A stretch of DNA of 64,000 bases from Candidatus Microgenomates bacterium (GTDB taxonomy: Bacteria > Patescibacteriota > Microgenomatia > UBA8517): positions 83,646 to 147,645 of the forward strand of contig JBEKQV010000003.1 in the NCBI GenBank assembly GCA_049519355.1, read 5' to 3'. The number at the start of each line of letters is the position of its first letter. Position 1 is the first letter of the stretch. Positions 48,947-57,520 of this stretch are shown piece after piece. The notes under the pieces were generated by a model that worked only from the letters and a program-made list of their open reading frames with translations, made no database searches and had not been told where the DNA came from. Made by a program: the position numbers and the translations under genes.

Positions 48947-50023
48947 CTAGACGAGACCTTTAGCGTACTTGGAAAGAAGACTTGCCATAATTTCCGAAAA
49001 CTCGACATTGTACATCGCCATTACCTCCGTCATCGGAAGTCCCATATCAGGACCGAACGCCGTATTGGGATTACTGTCTGTAAAATACGGAGTTGATGTT
49101 TCCTCATCAACTCGGACATCAAACTTGGCATAATCATTATGCTGGAGTCCGCCGAAAGCCCTAACCGCAAGTTTTGTAATTTCATATCTAAGATCATCCT
49201 CCACCGGAACATACTTATATGCTTTTTCGTCTTCGTATGATTCAAAACTGGTGAAGAAATGTTTGCCGTCGGGTTTCTTCCTGAAAACCTTTTGTGCCAT
49301 AAAGACATGGCGCTTTGTACCGTCATCAAAAACCACCACAGTAATTTCCGGTCCCCCTATAAACTTCTCGACAACCACCGGGTAGCGGTAAGTCGTAATC
49401 ATTTTATTAACCCTGAGCATTGCGGCCCTAAAACTTTCTTTAACGGCATGGTTATCAATACCCACACTTCCCCCGCCTTCATTTAACTTGACGATTAAAG
49501 GAAGGCCCAAATCCTCATCGATCGAGGTTCCCGCCCGGCGGATAAACTGGAAAGGAGGAGTGGGAATATCGTAAGCCATGAGAAGCCTTTTGGTCAGGTT
49601 CCTGTTGTTACCGATGATAAGCCCCTCCATTCCTGCTCCGGTATAAGGAATATTGGCAAGTTCCAGTGCCGCGGGAACGGACGGTTGAAGTTGGTCGCGG
49701 CCTTTTAGAGTATCAACAAGATTAACAACCAAATCCGGTTTATCTACCAACAAGTTTGTGTAAAAATATTGGTCTCCCGGAAGAGTTCTCACAGGAATTC
49801 CGAGTTTTCTGATTTCTTCCGAAACTTCGATCGCCCGCTCTTCGACTTCAACTTCCGCTTCATATGCGGACTTTGTAGCAAAATGTTCGCGTTGAACTGA
49901 CGAGTAAGCAACGACAACCAGACGGAATTTCTTTAAAGCATCTTTATCAACCGCAAGTTTAATTTTCTCCTTCGGAGTAGTTTTTTTTACTAAAGCTTCG
50001 TCTTCACTTTTTGAGGAGGGCAT
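48947..50023 (-). CDS. Second D-Ala-D-Ala ligase-like ATP-grasp enzyme
   Basis: PDLVVN, IPYTGA, PLIVKLNEGGGSVGI, EKFIGGPE, KFDVR, FTDSNPN. Confidence 0.85.
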   Translation of the reverse strand: MPSSKSEDEALVKKTTPKEKIKLAVDKDALKKFRLVVVAYSSVQREHFATKSAYEAEVEVEERAIEVSEEIRKLGIPVRTLPGDQYFYTNLLVDKPDLVVNLVDTLKGRDQLQPSVPAALELANIPYTGAGMEGLIIGNNRNLTKRLLMAYDIPTPPFQFIRRAGTSIDEDLGLPLIVKLNEGGGSVGIDNHAVKESFRAAMLRVNKMITTYRYPVVVEKFIGGPEITVVVFDDGTKRHVFMAQKVFRKKPDGKHFFTSFESYEDEKAYKYVPVEDDLRYEITKLAVRAFGGLQHNDYAKFDVRVDEETSTPYFTDSNPNTAFGPDMGLPMTEVMAMYNVEFSEIMASLLSKYAKGLV

Positions 50024-50046
50024 ACATTCATAATATAATATGCAAG

Positions 50047-50466
50047 ATGAAAAAAGTAGTCTTGGTTGGCGGTTGTTTCGACATTATCCATTATGGACAC
50101 ATCCACTTCCTAAAACATGCAAAAACTTTGGGTGATTATCTGATTGTGGCATTGGAATCAGATAAAAACATCAGAAGATTGAAAGGCAAAAAGCGCCCAA
50201 TTCACGGCCAAAATCAAAGACGGGAAATGCTTGAGTCTCTTAGCTTTGTCGACCAGGTGATTATTCTTAAAGATGAAATGAAGGATAAAGATTATTTTGA
50301 TTTGGTCAAAAAAGTAAAACCCCAAATAATAGCAGTAACTAAAGGAGATCTAATTATCGGAAAGAAAAAGAAACAGGCGGAAGAAATCGGAGCGGAAGTA
50401 ATCGAAATATCTAAAGTTGACTCCCCATCTACTTCCGAGATTGCCAAACTTTTGAAGATTGAATAA
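50047..50466 (+). CDS. Cytidylyltransferase-family nucleotidyltransferase (RfaE-II/TagD/RibL-like)
   Basis: GGCFDIIHYGH, KGKKRPI, R.EML..L..VD, STS. Confidence 0.9.
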   Translation: MKKVVLVGGCFDIIHYGHIHFLKHAKTLGDYLIVALESDKNIRRLKGKKRPIHGQNQRREMLESLSFVDQVIILKDEMKDKDYFDLVKKVKPQIIAVTKGDLIIGKKKKQAEEIGAEVIEISKVDSPSTSEIAKLLKIE

Positions 50467-51717
50467 TTAGTCCCACTTTTCCATTTCCTTTTGGGGAAGA
50501 CGGAGTTTCTTCGGAGTCAGAAAAATTAAAATAATCGCAACCACGACCACTAATCCGCCGACAATGCTAAAAGTTAATCTCTCTCCAACTATTAGCGCAA
50601 TGTATCCTGCAACCGGCGGCCAGATAACGTAAGCAACATTGGTTATGGAACTAATTAGTCCAATCATTTCTTTTCTCTCTTTTCCCATTCTAGCAACGAT
50701 ATCGGTGTAAACTCCGTCAACTAATGGATAACAAACTGCCAGTGCAATAGAGGAAAGAAGAACCATCGTCAACTGCCATGCAATAGTTCCGCTTAGCGCT
50801 AGGCCGATTAAAAATAGTCCCGCGAGAATCAATATTTTTTCACTCAGTATTTTTTTGCCTTTATAAATTCCCCAACTTGCTATGAAAACTCCCAAAAAAA
50901 TCGATGGAAACTGATAAAGAGGTAGGAAAAGTCCGCCAAGAAGATTAACACTCGCCAACTTCTCCGACCAGACCGCACCGGTTGTCCAAAAAGTTGAATC
51001 TATAATTCCTAAAAGGAGACTCAAGATAATCGCCGGCCAAATATGTTTTGAAAGTGTTAACCAGTGTTTAAGTTCAACCCAAGGATTAACCTCCTTAAGG
51101 TCTATTTGTGTAGGTGCATCATGAGAACTTTTGGTTAAAGTAAAAATAATAAAAGCGATAATTAAGCAAAGAAGAATTACTAACTCCAAATTAAAATAAC
51201 CCCGAATAAGAAGGTAGGCGGCAATCAAAGGTCCCAAAAAATAGGCTAAATTTATAAACATCCCGGCAATTGCCCAAGCACCCGAACGCATCTGGGGTGG
51301 CACTACACTTCCCATAAATTGGTAGCTGCCAAAAACGGCCAGCTCATAATAAATTCCCCAAAGAGCCATTGTTACCAGGAATATCAGAACAAATGGTTTA
51401 AACACCGAGGCCACCAAGAAAAATGAAGTCAGAGCCGATAGGATTATACTTAAGAAAATTAGGCGTCTTGTCTTGGTCGTCCGAAGCATTTTTGGAAAAA
51501 CCAAATCGGCCGCAAATCCAACAACAGACTGGAAACTTATAATTAAACCCATCACAACGGGACTGGCCAAAACCGACTGAATTTGATTTGGAGCCCAAAA
51601 ACTAATTATCGCATCGGCTAGCCGGATAAAAAAGATTGTAAAGCAATAAAGAATTACCTTCGACCAAACCACGTCCTTTGTGAAGGCAAAATGCCTACGA
51701 AAAAAAGGGGCAAACAT
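50467..51717 (-). CDS. MFS transporter
   Basis: About 12 TM helices in a 6+6 arrangement; RSGAWA...LAYFLGPLIA. Confidence 0.85.
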   Translation of the reverse strand: MFAPFFRRHFAFTKDVVWSKVILYCFTIFFIRLADAIISFWAPNQIQSVLASPVVMGLIISFQSVVGFAADLVFPKMLRTTKTRRLIFLSIILSALTSFFLVASVFKPFVLIFLVTMALWGIYYELAVFGSYQFMGSVVPPQMRSGAWAIAGMFINLAYFLGPLIAAYLLIRGYFNLELVILLCLIIAFIIFTLTKSSHDAPTQIDLKEVNPWVELKHWLTLSKHIWPAIILSLLLGIIDSTFWTTGAVWSEKLASVNLLGGLFLPLYQFPSIFLGVFIASWGIYKGKKILSEKILILAGLFLIGLALSGTIAWQLTMVLLSSIALAVCYPLVDGVYTDIVARMGKERKEMIGLISSITNVAYVIWPPVAGYIALIVGERLTFSIVGGLVVVVAIILIFLTPKKLRLPQKEMEKWD

Positions 51718-51840
51718 ACTTCATGATGGAGCTTCCCAACCAAAAATTCAATAACAGCCGATTTTGCAAAATAGCCTATACTATGTTAATATTTCAGTAG
51801 TTGCAGCCTGAATAGGCAGCAAAATTCCGATTAAAGGAGA

Positions 51841-52053
51841 GTGTGGATGAACGCGAGTGTGCTAGACCTGATCAAGGAAGCTCATTGCGGTCTTACTGTA
51901 GACCAACTCAAAAAGAAAGCGAAGAAGGCTGGCATTGAGGATCCGTTTGTCGAGCTCCAAAGGCTCGTTAGAAATGGACTCGTCAAAAGGATCGAAAAGG
52001 GCGGAAGAAAACGGCCGGTAATTTTCAAGGCTACGCCAGAAACATCCCAGTAA
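51841..52053 (+). CDS. Small basic winged-helix-like protein
   Basis: GLTVDQL...ELQRLVRNGLVKR..GGRKRPVIF; AAAGGAG RBS and a TTGCAA-17-TAATAT promoter upstream. Confidence 0.6.
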   Translation: MWMNASVLDLIKEAHCGLTVDQLKKKAKKAGIEDPFVELQRLVRNGLVKRIEKGGRKRPVIFKATPETSQ

Positions 52054-52074
52054 AATTTCATCTCCTCCTCCAAA

Positions 52075-52243
52075 GGTTGGGACAGGCAACTGTCCTAACC
52101 GAAAAATTCCGAATTTGCAATTGCGCAGATTCAAATTTTTATCGGTTGCTAAGTTAGCTCTCATTATTATTGGTATTGGCGTATCTGGGACACATCCAGG
52201 TTTTTTAAAAATACAATACAAAACCCAGATCCAGATACGCCAA
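52075..52243. repeat. Cluster of three inverted repeats in a convergent intergenic region
   Basis: ggttgggacag/ctgtcctaacc; aaccgaaaaatt...gaatttgc/gcagattc...aatttttatcggtt; perfect 13-bp ttggcgtatctgg/ccagatacgccaa. Confidence 0.75.
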
Positions 52244-52273
52244 GCTTTTCCCCTCAATGAAGTTTCCGGACAG

Positions 52274-53281
52274 TTATTTTAACCTCGCTATATGAGCATC
52301 AACCATCATGTGGACAAGTTCTTCAAATGTAGTTTTTGGTTCCCAACCAAGTAGCTTTTTAGCTTTTGCAGGATTGGCAATAAGAGGACCTGTTTCAGTC
52401 GGACGAACAAATCTTTTATCAACCTCGACAAAATCTTTCCAATTCAAACCGACATAATTAAAGGCTTCCTCACAAAGTTCCTGAATAGTATGGGTTTTAC
52501 CCGTTCCGATTACAAAATCATCGGGCTCTTTATATTGCATCACCAACCACATGGCTTCTACATAATCACCAGTAAATCCCCAATCCCTTTTAGCCTCAAG
52601 GTTTCCTAAAGCAACTTTCCCGTTTTTTACAATCGGCTCTCCCTCCTCATTTAGGTGTTCCGAATTTTTAATTCCGAGTTTTGCGCAGGCCGCACCATAA
52701 GCTACCTTTTGGGTAACAAAATTCAAATGCCTTCTTGGAGACTCATGATTAAAAAGAATTCCGCAGGTCGCGAACATGTTGTAGCTTTTTCTATAAATGC
52801 GCGTCATGGAATGCGCGTAAAGCTTTGCCGCAGCGTAAGGATTGGCGGGATTAAATGGAGTTTCCTCGCTTTGGGGAATTTCTTTAACCCAGCCGTACAT
52901 TTCGGAACTACTGGCTTGATAGAATTTCGCTTCTGGTACAATATCCCAAGTCGCATCCAGTACCCTATGGGCACCTATCGCCGTAATTTCGGCAGTATGA
53001 ATAGGCTGTTTAAAACTTTCCGCGGGATGGCTTTGCGCAGCCAAATTATAAACTTCATCCGGGCGGACTTTTTGGATTGCCTCGCGGAGCGACACAGGGT
53101 CCAGAAGATCTGCCTGAATTAGATGAAGTTCATTTTGAATATGTCCTATGTTTTCATAAGCCATATTGCTGGTTTTTCTGACTGTGCCCGCAACTTCATA
53201 ACCTTTTTTGAGTAAAAACTCAGCCAGGTATGAACCGTCCTGTCCCGTAATTCCCGTAATAAATGCAGTCTTCTTCGCCAT
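52274..53281 (-). CDS. gmd: GDP-mannose 4,6-dehydratase
   Basis: ITGITGQDGSYLA, YQASSSEMYG, PYAAAK, FNHESPRR, RDWG; start placed at MAKKTA. Confidence 0.96.
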   Translation of the reverse strand: MAKKTAFITGITGQDGSYLAEFLLKKGYEVAGTVRKTSNMAYENIGHIQNELHLIQADLLDPVSLREAIQKVRPDEVYNLAAQSHPAESFKQPIHTAEITAIGAHRVLDATWDIVPEAKFYQASSSEMYGWVKEIPQSEETPFNPANPYAAAKLYAHSMTRIYRKSYNMFATCGILFNHESPRRHLNFVTQKVAYGAACAKLGIKNSEHLNEEGEPIVKNGKVALGNLEAKRDWGFTGDYVEAMWLVMQYKEPDDFVIGTGKTHTIQELCEEAFNYVGLNWKDFVEVDKRFVRPTETGPLIANPAKAKKLLGWEPKTTFEELVHMMVDAHIARLK

Positions 53282-53435
53282 TTCAACCAAAATATTAGCA
53301 CAATTGTAATTAAAACCCAATGGACAACGGCCAGTTATCACAAATTAGCCGTGTGTAGTTTTGGTTTTGTTGTGATAAAATAAGCGCTATAGGTAGGAAG
53401 GGAGGCGAATTTACGTTAGCAAACAAAAATAACAA

Positions 53436-53630
53436 ATGTTCATACTAAAAAAGAAAAAGGGTGAAACCGATGATAAACTAATCGCCCGTTTCCGCAAAAA
53501 AACCATTGTTGAAGGTGTTATGCAAGAATATAGAGATCGCGAGCATTACAAGAAACCGTCAGAAAAAAGGAAAGAAGACAAATACCGCATCGCCCACTCT
53601 ATTGAGCTTGAGAAGAAGAGGAATTTTTAA
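53436..53630 (+). CDS. rpsU: 30S ribosomal protein S21
   Basis: GE..DKLIARFRKK...YKKPSEKRK. Confidence 0.9.
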   Translation: MFILKKKKGETDDKLIARFRKKTIVEGVMQEYRDREHYKKPSEKRKEDKYRIAHSIELEKKRNF

Positions 53631-54411
53631 TCCAGGTTGCCACAAATTGCTTTCTATGCTGGCGTGTTAAACCGTATTTTTTGATGGAATTCCGGTGTTC
53701 CAATGTTCCGTATCCCTTGTTTCTCCCCCAACCATATTTCCGATATTTCGGCCTTTTGCCAAGGTTCAGCATTAGTTTATCTCTATAAACCTTGGCTATA
53801 ATTGAGGCGGCGGCAATAGAAAAGGATTTTTCGTCGCCATTTATAATCGCCTGCTGACGGCCTGATATTTTTTTGTAATACCGGCCTTTTTTATTCTTTC
53901 TACGTCTTGCGGGAAGCCCCGGAACAAAAGAAATAAAGAACGCATCGGACAAAAGAAAGTCAATCGGCTTGCCTAGTCTTTTCCGTGCATTGGAAATAGC
54001 CAACCTGAAAGCTTTTCTTGTCGCTTTTGCCATTCCTTGAGAGTTAATCAGGCCGGCACCAACTTCCCCAATTCCCCAAGCAAGTGCGCTTTCCTTTATC
54101 CAGACGGTGGCTCTTTCCCTTTGCCTCGGCCGCATCTTTTTGGAATCATTAATTGTAATCCCTTCAGGGATTACAAAGGGGTAACGCGAGTGGGTCCTGT
54201 CGGAAGCTCGTCCCGTCCGACTTTCCACGCTTGCGCGGCGGGCGCTCGACGGGACTCCCTCCGCTTCCGCCACCCACTTTGATGGAAATACCACACATCC
54301 AGTAACTATTGGTCCTGCAAAACACCCCTTTCCAACTTCATCCACTCCGGCAATAAATTTATAGCCTTTCTTTACGGCTTTTTGTTCGAAAGAAAAATCA
54401 GGAAATTTCAT
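53599..54411 (-). CDS. rnhB: Ribonuclease HII with two insertions
   Basis: GVDEVGKG.FAGP, NDSKK, SDA, GDEKS.SIAAASIIAKV.RD, NKGYGT..H; start placed at MKFPDF. Confidence 0.95.
   Translation of the reverse strand: MKFPDFSFEQKAVKKGYKFIAGVDEVGKGCFAGPIVTGCVVFPSKWVAEAEGVPSSARRASVESRTGRASDRTHSRYPFVIPEGITINDSKKMRPRQRERATVWIKESALAWGIGEVGAGLINSQGMAKATRKAFRLAISNARKRLGKPIDFLLSDAFFISFVPGLPARRRKNKKGRYYKKISGRQQAIINGDEKSFSIAAASIIAKVYRDKLMLNLGKRPKYRKYGWGRNKGYGTLEHRNSIKKYGLTRQHRKQFVATWIKNSSSSQAQ
54177..54277. repeat. GC-rich palindromic element inserted in frame in rnhB
   Basis: gggtcctgtcg/cgacgggactc stem enclosing the hairpin cgcttgc/gcgggcg, with an alternative gtcgga/tccgac stem; encodes about 33 extra residues. 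Confidence 0.65.
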
Positions 54412-54872
54412 GCAAGGTTCGGGGATGACGGCCAAAACATCACTATTTTATCTTGAAGCATTGCCAGTTTCTCACTCCTTTGGGTTTGAGTCAAATTACC
54501 CAAGTTTACAGCCGTAAAAAATCTTTCATTTGAGGCAAGAAGCGCACCTGCAATACTTTCCACATCAACCCCTCCCGCCATCAAGGTTGCCAGTGTTCTT
54601 CTCCAAACTTCCTGGGGCTGTTCCTCCGGAAATCTTTTATTCAACTTTTCCAGCTCACTGTCAAGATAAGATTGTCCCGCGGAATCATCAGATTCTCCCA
54701 CCGCAGCCTCAATTGCAAGTGACTTGAGATTTTCGAGTAAATCCGGCGAAATAAATACTTCTTTTGCGGGGTTTTTAACAACCTTGTCTTCTCCGCCCTC
54801 GGTTTTAATCACAATACTTCCTTTCTTCTCTCCAGAAGAAATAGTCTTTTTAAAATGAATTTCGGGTGACAT
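54408..54872 (-). CDS. Hypothetical protein
   Basis: 154-aa ORF with TATAAT just upstream; its stop overlaps the rnhB start. Confidence 0.65.
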   Translation of the reverse strand: MSPEIHFKKTISSGEKKGSIVIKTEGGEDKVVKNPAKEVFISPDLLENLKSLAIEAAVGESDDSAGQSYLDSELEKLNKRFPEEQPQEVWRRTLATLMAGGVDVESIAGALLASNERFFTAVNLGNLTQTQRSEKLAMLQDKIVMFWPSSPNLA

Positions 54873-54961
54873 GGCGCTATTATATCAAACCCGGGTCGGA
54901 TAGGCACTTTCTTTTAGCAAACCTTTCTGTTACAATTTACGCCTGAGGTGAAATCAAGAGA

Positions 54962-55147
54962 ATGAAATCAGCCGTTACCTTTTTTTCTGAAGTAAGAAGT
55001 GAGCTTTCAAAAGTTACCTGGCCCAAAAGAGACGAGGTTGTCAGGCTGACACTCATTGTCTTTCTGGTTTCGGGAATCGTCGGAGTTTACGTCGGAATTC
55101 TCGATTACCTGTTTACAAGTGTGCTGACAAAGATATTAACCAAGTGA
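54962..55147 (+). CDS. secE: Preprotein translocase subunit SecE
   Basis: FFSEVRSELSKVTWP plus one TM helix; directly upstream of nusG. Confidence 0.95.
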   Translation: MKSAVTFFSEVRSELSKVTWPKRDEVVRLTLIVFLVSGIVGVYVGILDYLFTSVLTKILTK

Positions 55148-55148
55148 T

Positions 55149-55760
55149 ATGAATGACGATCAATCTCAAGTTGCAGAACGCGGAACCGGGAAGAAAAAAA
55201 TTCCCGGGCACATCATTATCTCCCAAACGGAAGATCCGAAAGCAAAATGGTATGTAGTCCACACTTCCTCGGGCCACGAAATCAGAGTCATGGAAACCCT
55301 CCGCCAAAGAGTTGAGACCATGAATCTCGGAGGCCGTGTTTTTGAAATGCTCGTCCCTACTCAAGACAGGGTCATTATCAGAAGCGGCAAAAAGGCCACA
55401 ATCAAGGAAAAAATCTTCCCGGGTTACCTCCTTATTAAAATGATTTTGGACGACCCCACTTGGCTTGCTGTCAGAACTACAGCAGGGATTACCGGATTTG
55501 TAGGTGCCGGGAATAACCCAACACCCCTTTCTGAGCTGGAAGTCACCAACATTCAAAAGTTTGTCAGCTCACCGGCGCCAAGGTTCAAGACAAAATTCTC
55601 AGTTGGAGAAGCTGTCAAAATAACCGACGGGCCGTTCACCGACTTTCTTGGAACCATTCATGAAATGGATGAGGAAAAGGGCAAGGTCAAGGTTTTGGTT
55701 AGTATCTTCGGCCGTGAGACTCCGGTTGAACTTGATTTTCTGCAAATACAAAAAGTTTGA
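55149..55760 (+). CDS. nusG: Transcription termination/antitermination factor NusG
   Basis: WYVVHT.SG.E, FPGY, GITGFVG, KOW GPF..F.G, IFGRETPVEL. Confidence 0.98.
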   Translation: MNDDQSQVAERGTGKKKIPGHIIISQTEDPKAKWYVVHTSSGHEIRVMETLRQRVETMNLGGRVFEMLVPTQDRVIIRSGKKATIKEKIFPGYLLIKMILDDPTWLAVRTTAGITGFVGAGNNPTPLSELEVTNIQKFVSSPAPRFKTKFSVGEAVKITDGPFTDFLGTIHEMDEEKGKVKVLVSIFGRETPVELDFLQIQKV

Positions 55761-55897
55761 GGACTTTTTGGAATTGTCGGTTGGCAGAAGATATGAAATT
55801 CAGCATAAAGGTGTTATAATACCCTTACCTCGGCTAGTCTGAGGCAGACGCAAGTCGAAACTTCTTACTAAAGCTTCGTTTGCGTACTCAAAACAGA

Positions 55898-56320
55898 ATG
55901 GCAAAAAAGGTTAAAGTAGTCGTCAAAATCAATTTACAGGCAGGGGCCGCAACCCCCGCTCCTCCCGTCGGAACTGCATTGGGACAGCACGGTGTTGCCA
56001 TCATGGATTTTGTTAAGCAGTACAACGACAGAACCAAAGATATGAAAGGGCAGGTCGCCCCCGCAGTAATTACAATTTATGAAGATAGATCCTTCACCTT
56101 CACCATTAAAAAAGCACCTGTCGCCGACATGATTAAAAAGGCGATGGGAATTGAAAAAGGTTCGGGTGTCGCCCCAAGAGAAAGCCCGGGTTCCTTAACT
56201 AAGGCACAGGTAAGAACCATTGCCGAGGAAAAATTGTCCGATCTTAATACCACAGATGTGGAAGCCGCAATGAAAATTGTCGAAGGAACGGCCCGTTCAA
56301 TGGGCATAACTGTGCAATAA
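55898..56320 (+). CDS. rplK: 50S ribosomal protein L11
   Basis: [31 protein letters not shown]; start placed at MAKKVK. Confidence 0.98.
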   Translation: MAKKVKVVVKINLQAGAATPAPPVGTALGQHGVAIMDFVKQYNDRTKDMKGQVAPAVITIYEDRSFTFTIKKAPVADMIKKAMGIEKGSGVAPRESPGSLTKAQVRTIAEEKLSDLNTTDVEAAMKIVEGTARSMGITVQ

Positions 56321-56322
56321 AC

Positions 56323-57114
56323 ATGGGAAAAATGAAAATGGCCCCAGTTGGGGAAAACAAAAATAAAGAAAAAAGTGAGAAGGCTCATAAAGCGGAAGCC
56401 GAGAAAGTTCATTTGTCGGGGCTTAAGGGAGGCCAAAGAGTCAAAATGGTGGAAGTTGAAGAAACACCGACGGCTGAAACTACCGCCGAGGGCGAAGCCG
56501 TCAAAAAAGGCGGAAGAAAAATTGTTGAGAAGGTCAGAGGCAAGAAATACGTTGAATCAAAAAAGAAATTTGATAACACCAAAACCTACTCCGCCACCGA
56601 GGCAATTAAACTGGTTAAAGAAACCTCGTACTCAAAATTTGACGGAACCGTCGAGCTTCATTTGATTGTTAAAAAGACGGGAATTTCGGCACAGGTATCC
56701 TTGCCTCACCAGGCCGGTAAAACCAAGAAAATTGAGGTTGCTTCCGACGAAACCGTCGAAAAGTTGAGATCCGGCAACATTGACTTTGATATTTTGGTTG
56801 CCACCCCTGAGATGATGCCAAAACTCGTTCCTTTTGCCAGGCTTCTGGGACCCAAAGGCCTCATGCCAAATCCCAAAAACGGAACGCTTGTCCCTGATTC
56901 CAAAAAGGCTCAAGGCTTCTCATCCAACAGTGTCGTCCTTAAAACCGAAAAAGAGGCGCCCCTTATTCACACCGTAATAGGCAAGGTCAGCCAGGACGGT
57001 AAAGAACTTGCCGAAAATTTGGAAACAATCTTTAAAGCCTTCGGAGGCGGAAAACAGATTGACAAAGCCTATATTAAGGCTACAATGGGGCCGTCTGTTA
57101 AAGTAAAGATTTAA
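56323..57114 (+). CDS. rplA: 50S ribosomal protein L1 with N-terminal extension
   Basis: KFDGTVELH, LGPKGLMPNPKNGT, IHTVIGK, TMGPSVK. Confidence 0.95.
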   Translation: MGKMKMAPVGENKNKEKSEKAHKAEAEKVHLSGLKGGQRVKMVEVEETPTAETTAEGEAVKKGGRKIVEKVRGKKYVESKKKFDNTKTYSATEAIKLVKETSYSKFDGTVELHLIVKKTGISAQVSLPHQAGKTKKIEVASDETVEKLRSGNIDFDILVATPEMMPKLVPFARLLGPKGLMPNPKNGTLVPDSKKAQGFSSNSVVLKTEKEAPLIHTVIGKVSQDGKELAENLETIFKAFGGGKQIDKAYIKATMGPSVKVKI

Positions 57115-57127
57115 CAGGAGAAAAGCT

Positions 57128-57391
57128 ATGATAGAATTTTGTAAAATACCCGGTTATTATCCGGGACATATGGGAGAAGGGCCTAATTCATTAGGGCCGG
57201 GTGCAGTAGATCCTAAAGCACGTGCGATTATCGCCGATGCGGTCAGGAGAATTAATGAAGAATACCAACAAAGCGCGAGACAATTCTCGTCTACTGTTAC
57301 CAGGGTTACCGGAACAGCCGAAGCAGACCGTGCAGCCGGTCAAATGCTAAAACCACCTACTTCATTTATGAAAAAGGGAAGCAGAGGTTGA
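57128..57391 (+). CDS. Hypothetical small protein between rplA and rplJ
   Basis: 87-aa ORF (alternative start MGEGP at 57170) filling the gap. Confidence 0.45.
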   Translation: MIEFCKIPGYYPGHMGEGPNSLGPGAVDPKARAIIADAVRRINEEYQQSARQFSSTVTRVTGTAEADRAAGQMLKPPTSFMKKGSRG

Positions 57392-57416
57392 CATATTGGT
57401 CCGGCTGTCAGATAAT
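57388..57416 (+). promoter_or_regulatory. Sigma70 promoter for rplJL
   Basis: TTGACA-17 nt-GATAAT. Confidence 0.8.
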
Positions 57417-57420
57417 ACCT

Positions 57421-57508
57421 AGGTCCGAAGAAAGTATGTTTTCCGAAAGGATGTAAACCATACCGAGGCAAAGTTTAGATTATGCGCGCCTCGGGCGCGT
57501 TTTTTTTT
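57421..57508 (+). promoter_or_regulatory. L10 leader RNA with attenuator terminator
   Basis: CCGAAGAAAGTATG...AAACCATACCGAGG resembles the L10 leader; gcgcgcctcgggcgcgt followed by a T run, and CCTCGG can instead pair with CCGAGG. Confidence 0.8.
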
Positions 57509-57520
57509 GGATAAATCAAA

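Noticed and set aside
51862-52257. 131-aa minus-strand ORF across the hairpin cluster
   Set aside because: Overlaps the + strand wHTH ORF, which has a promoter and SD; composition is unconvincing
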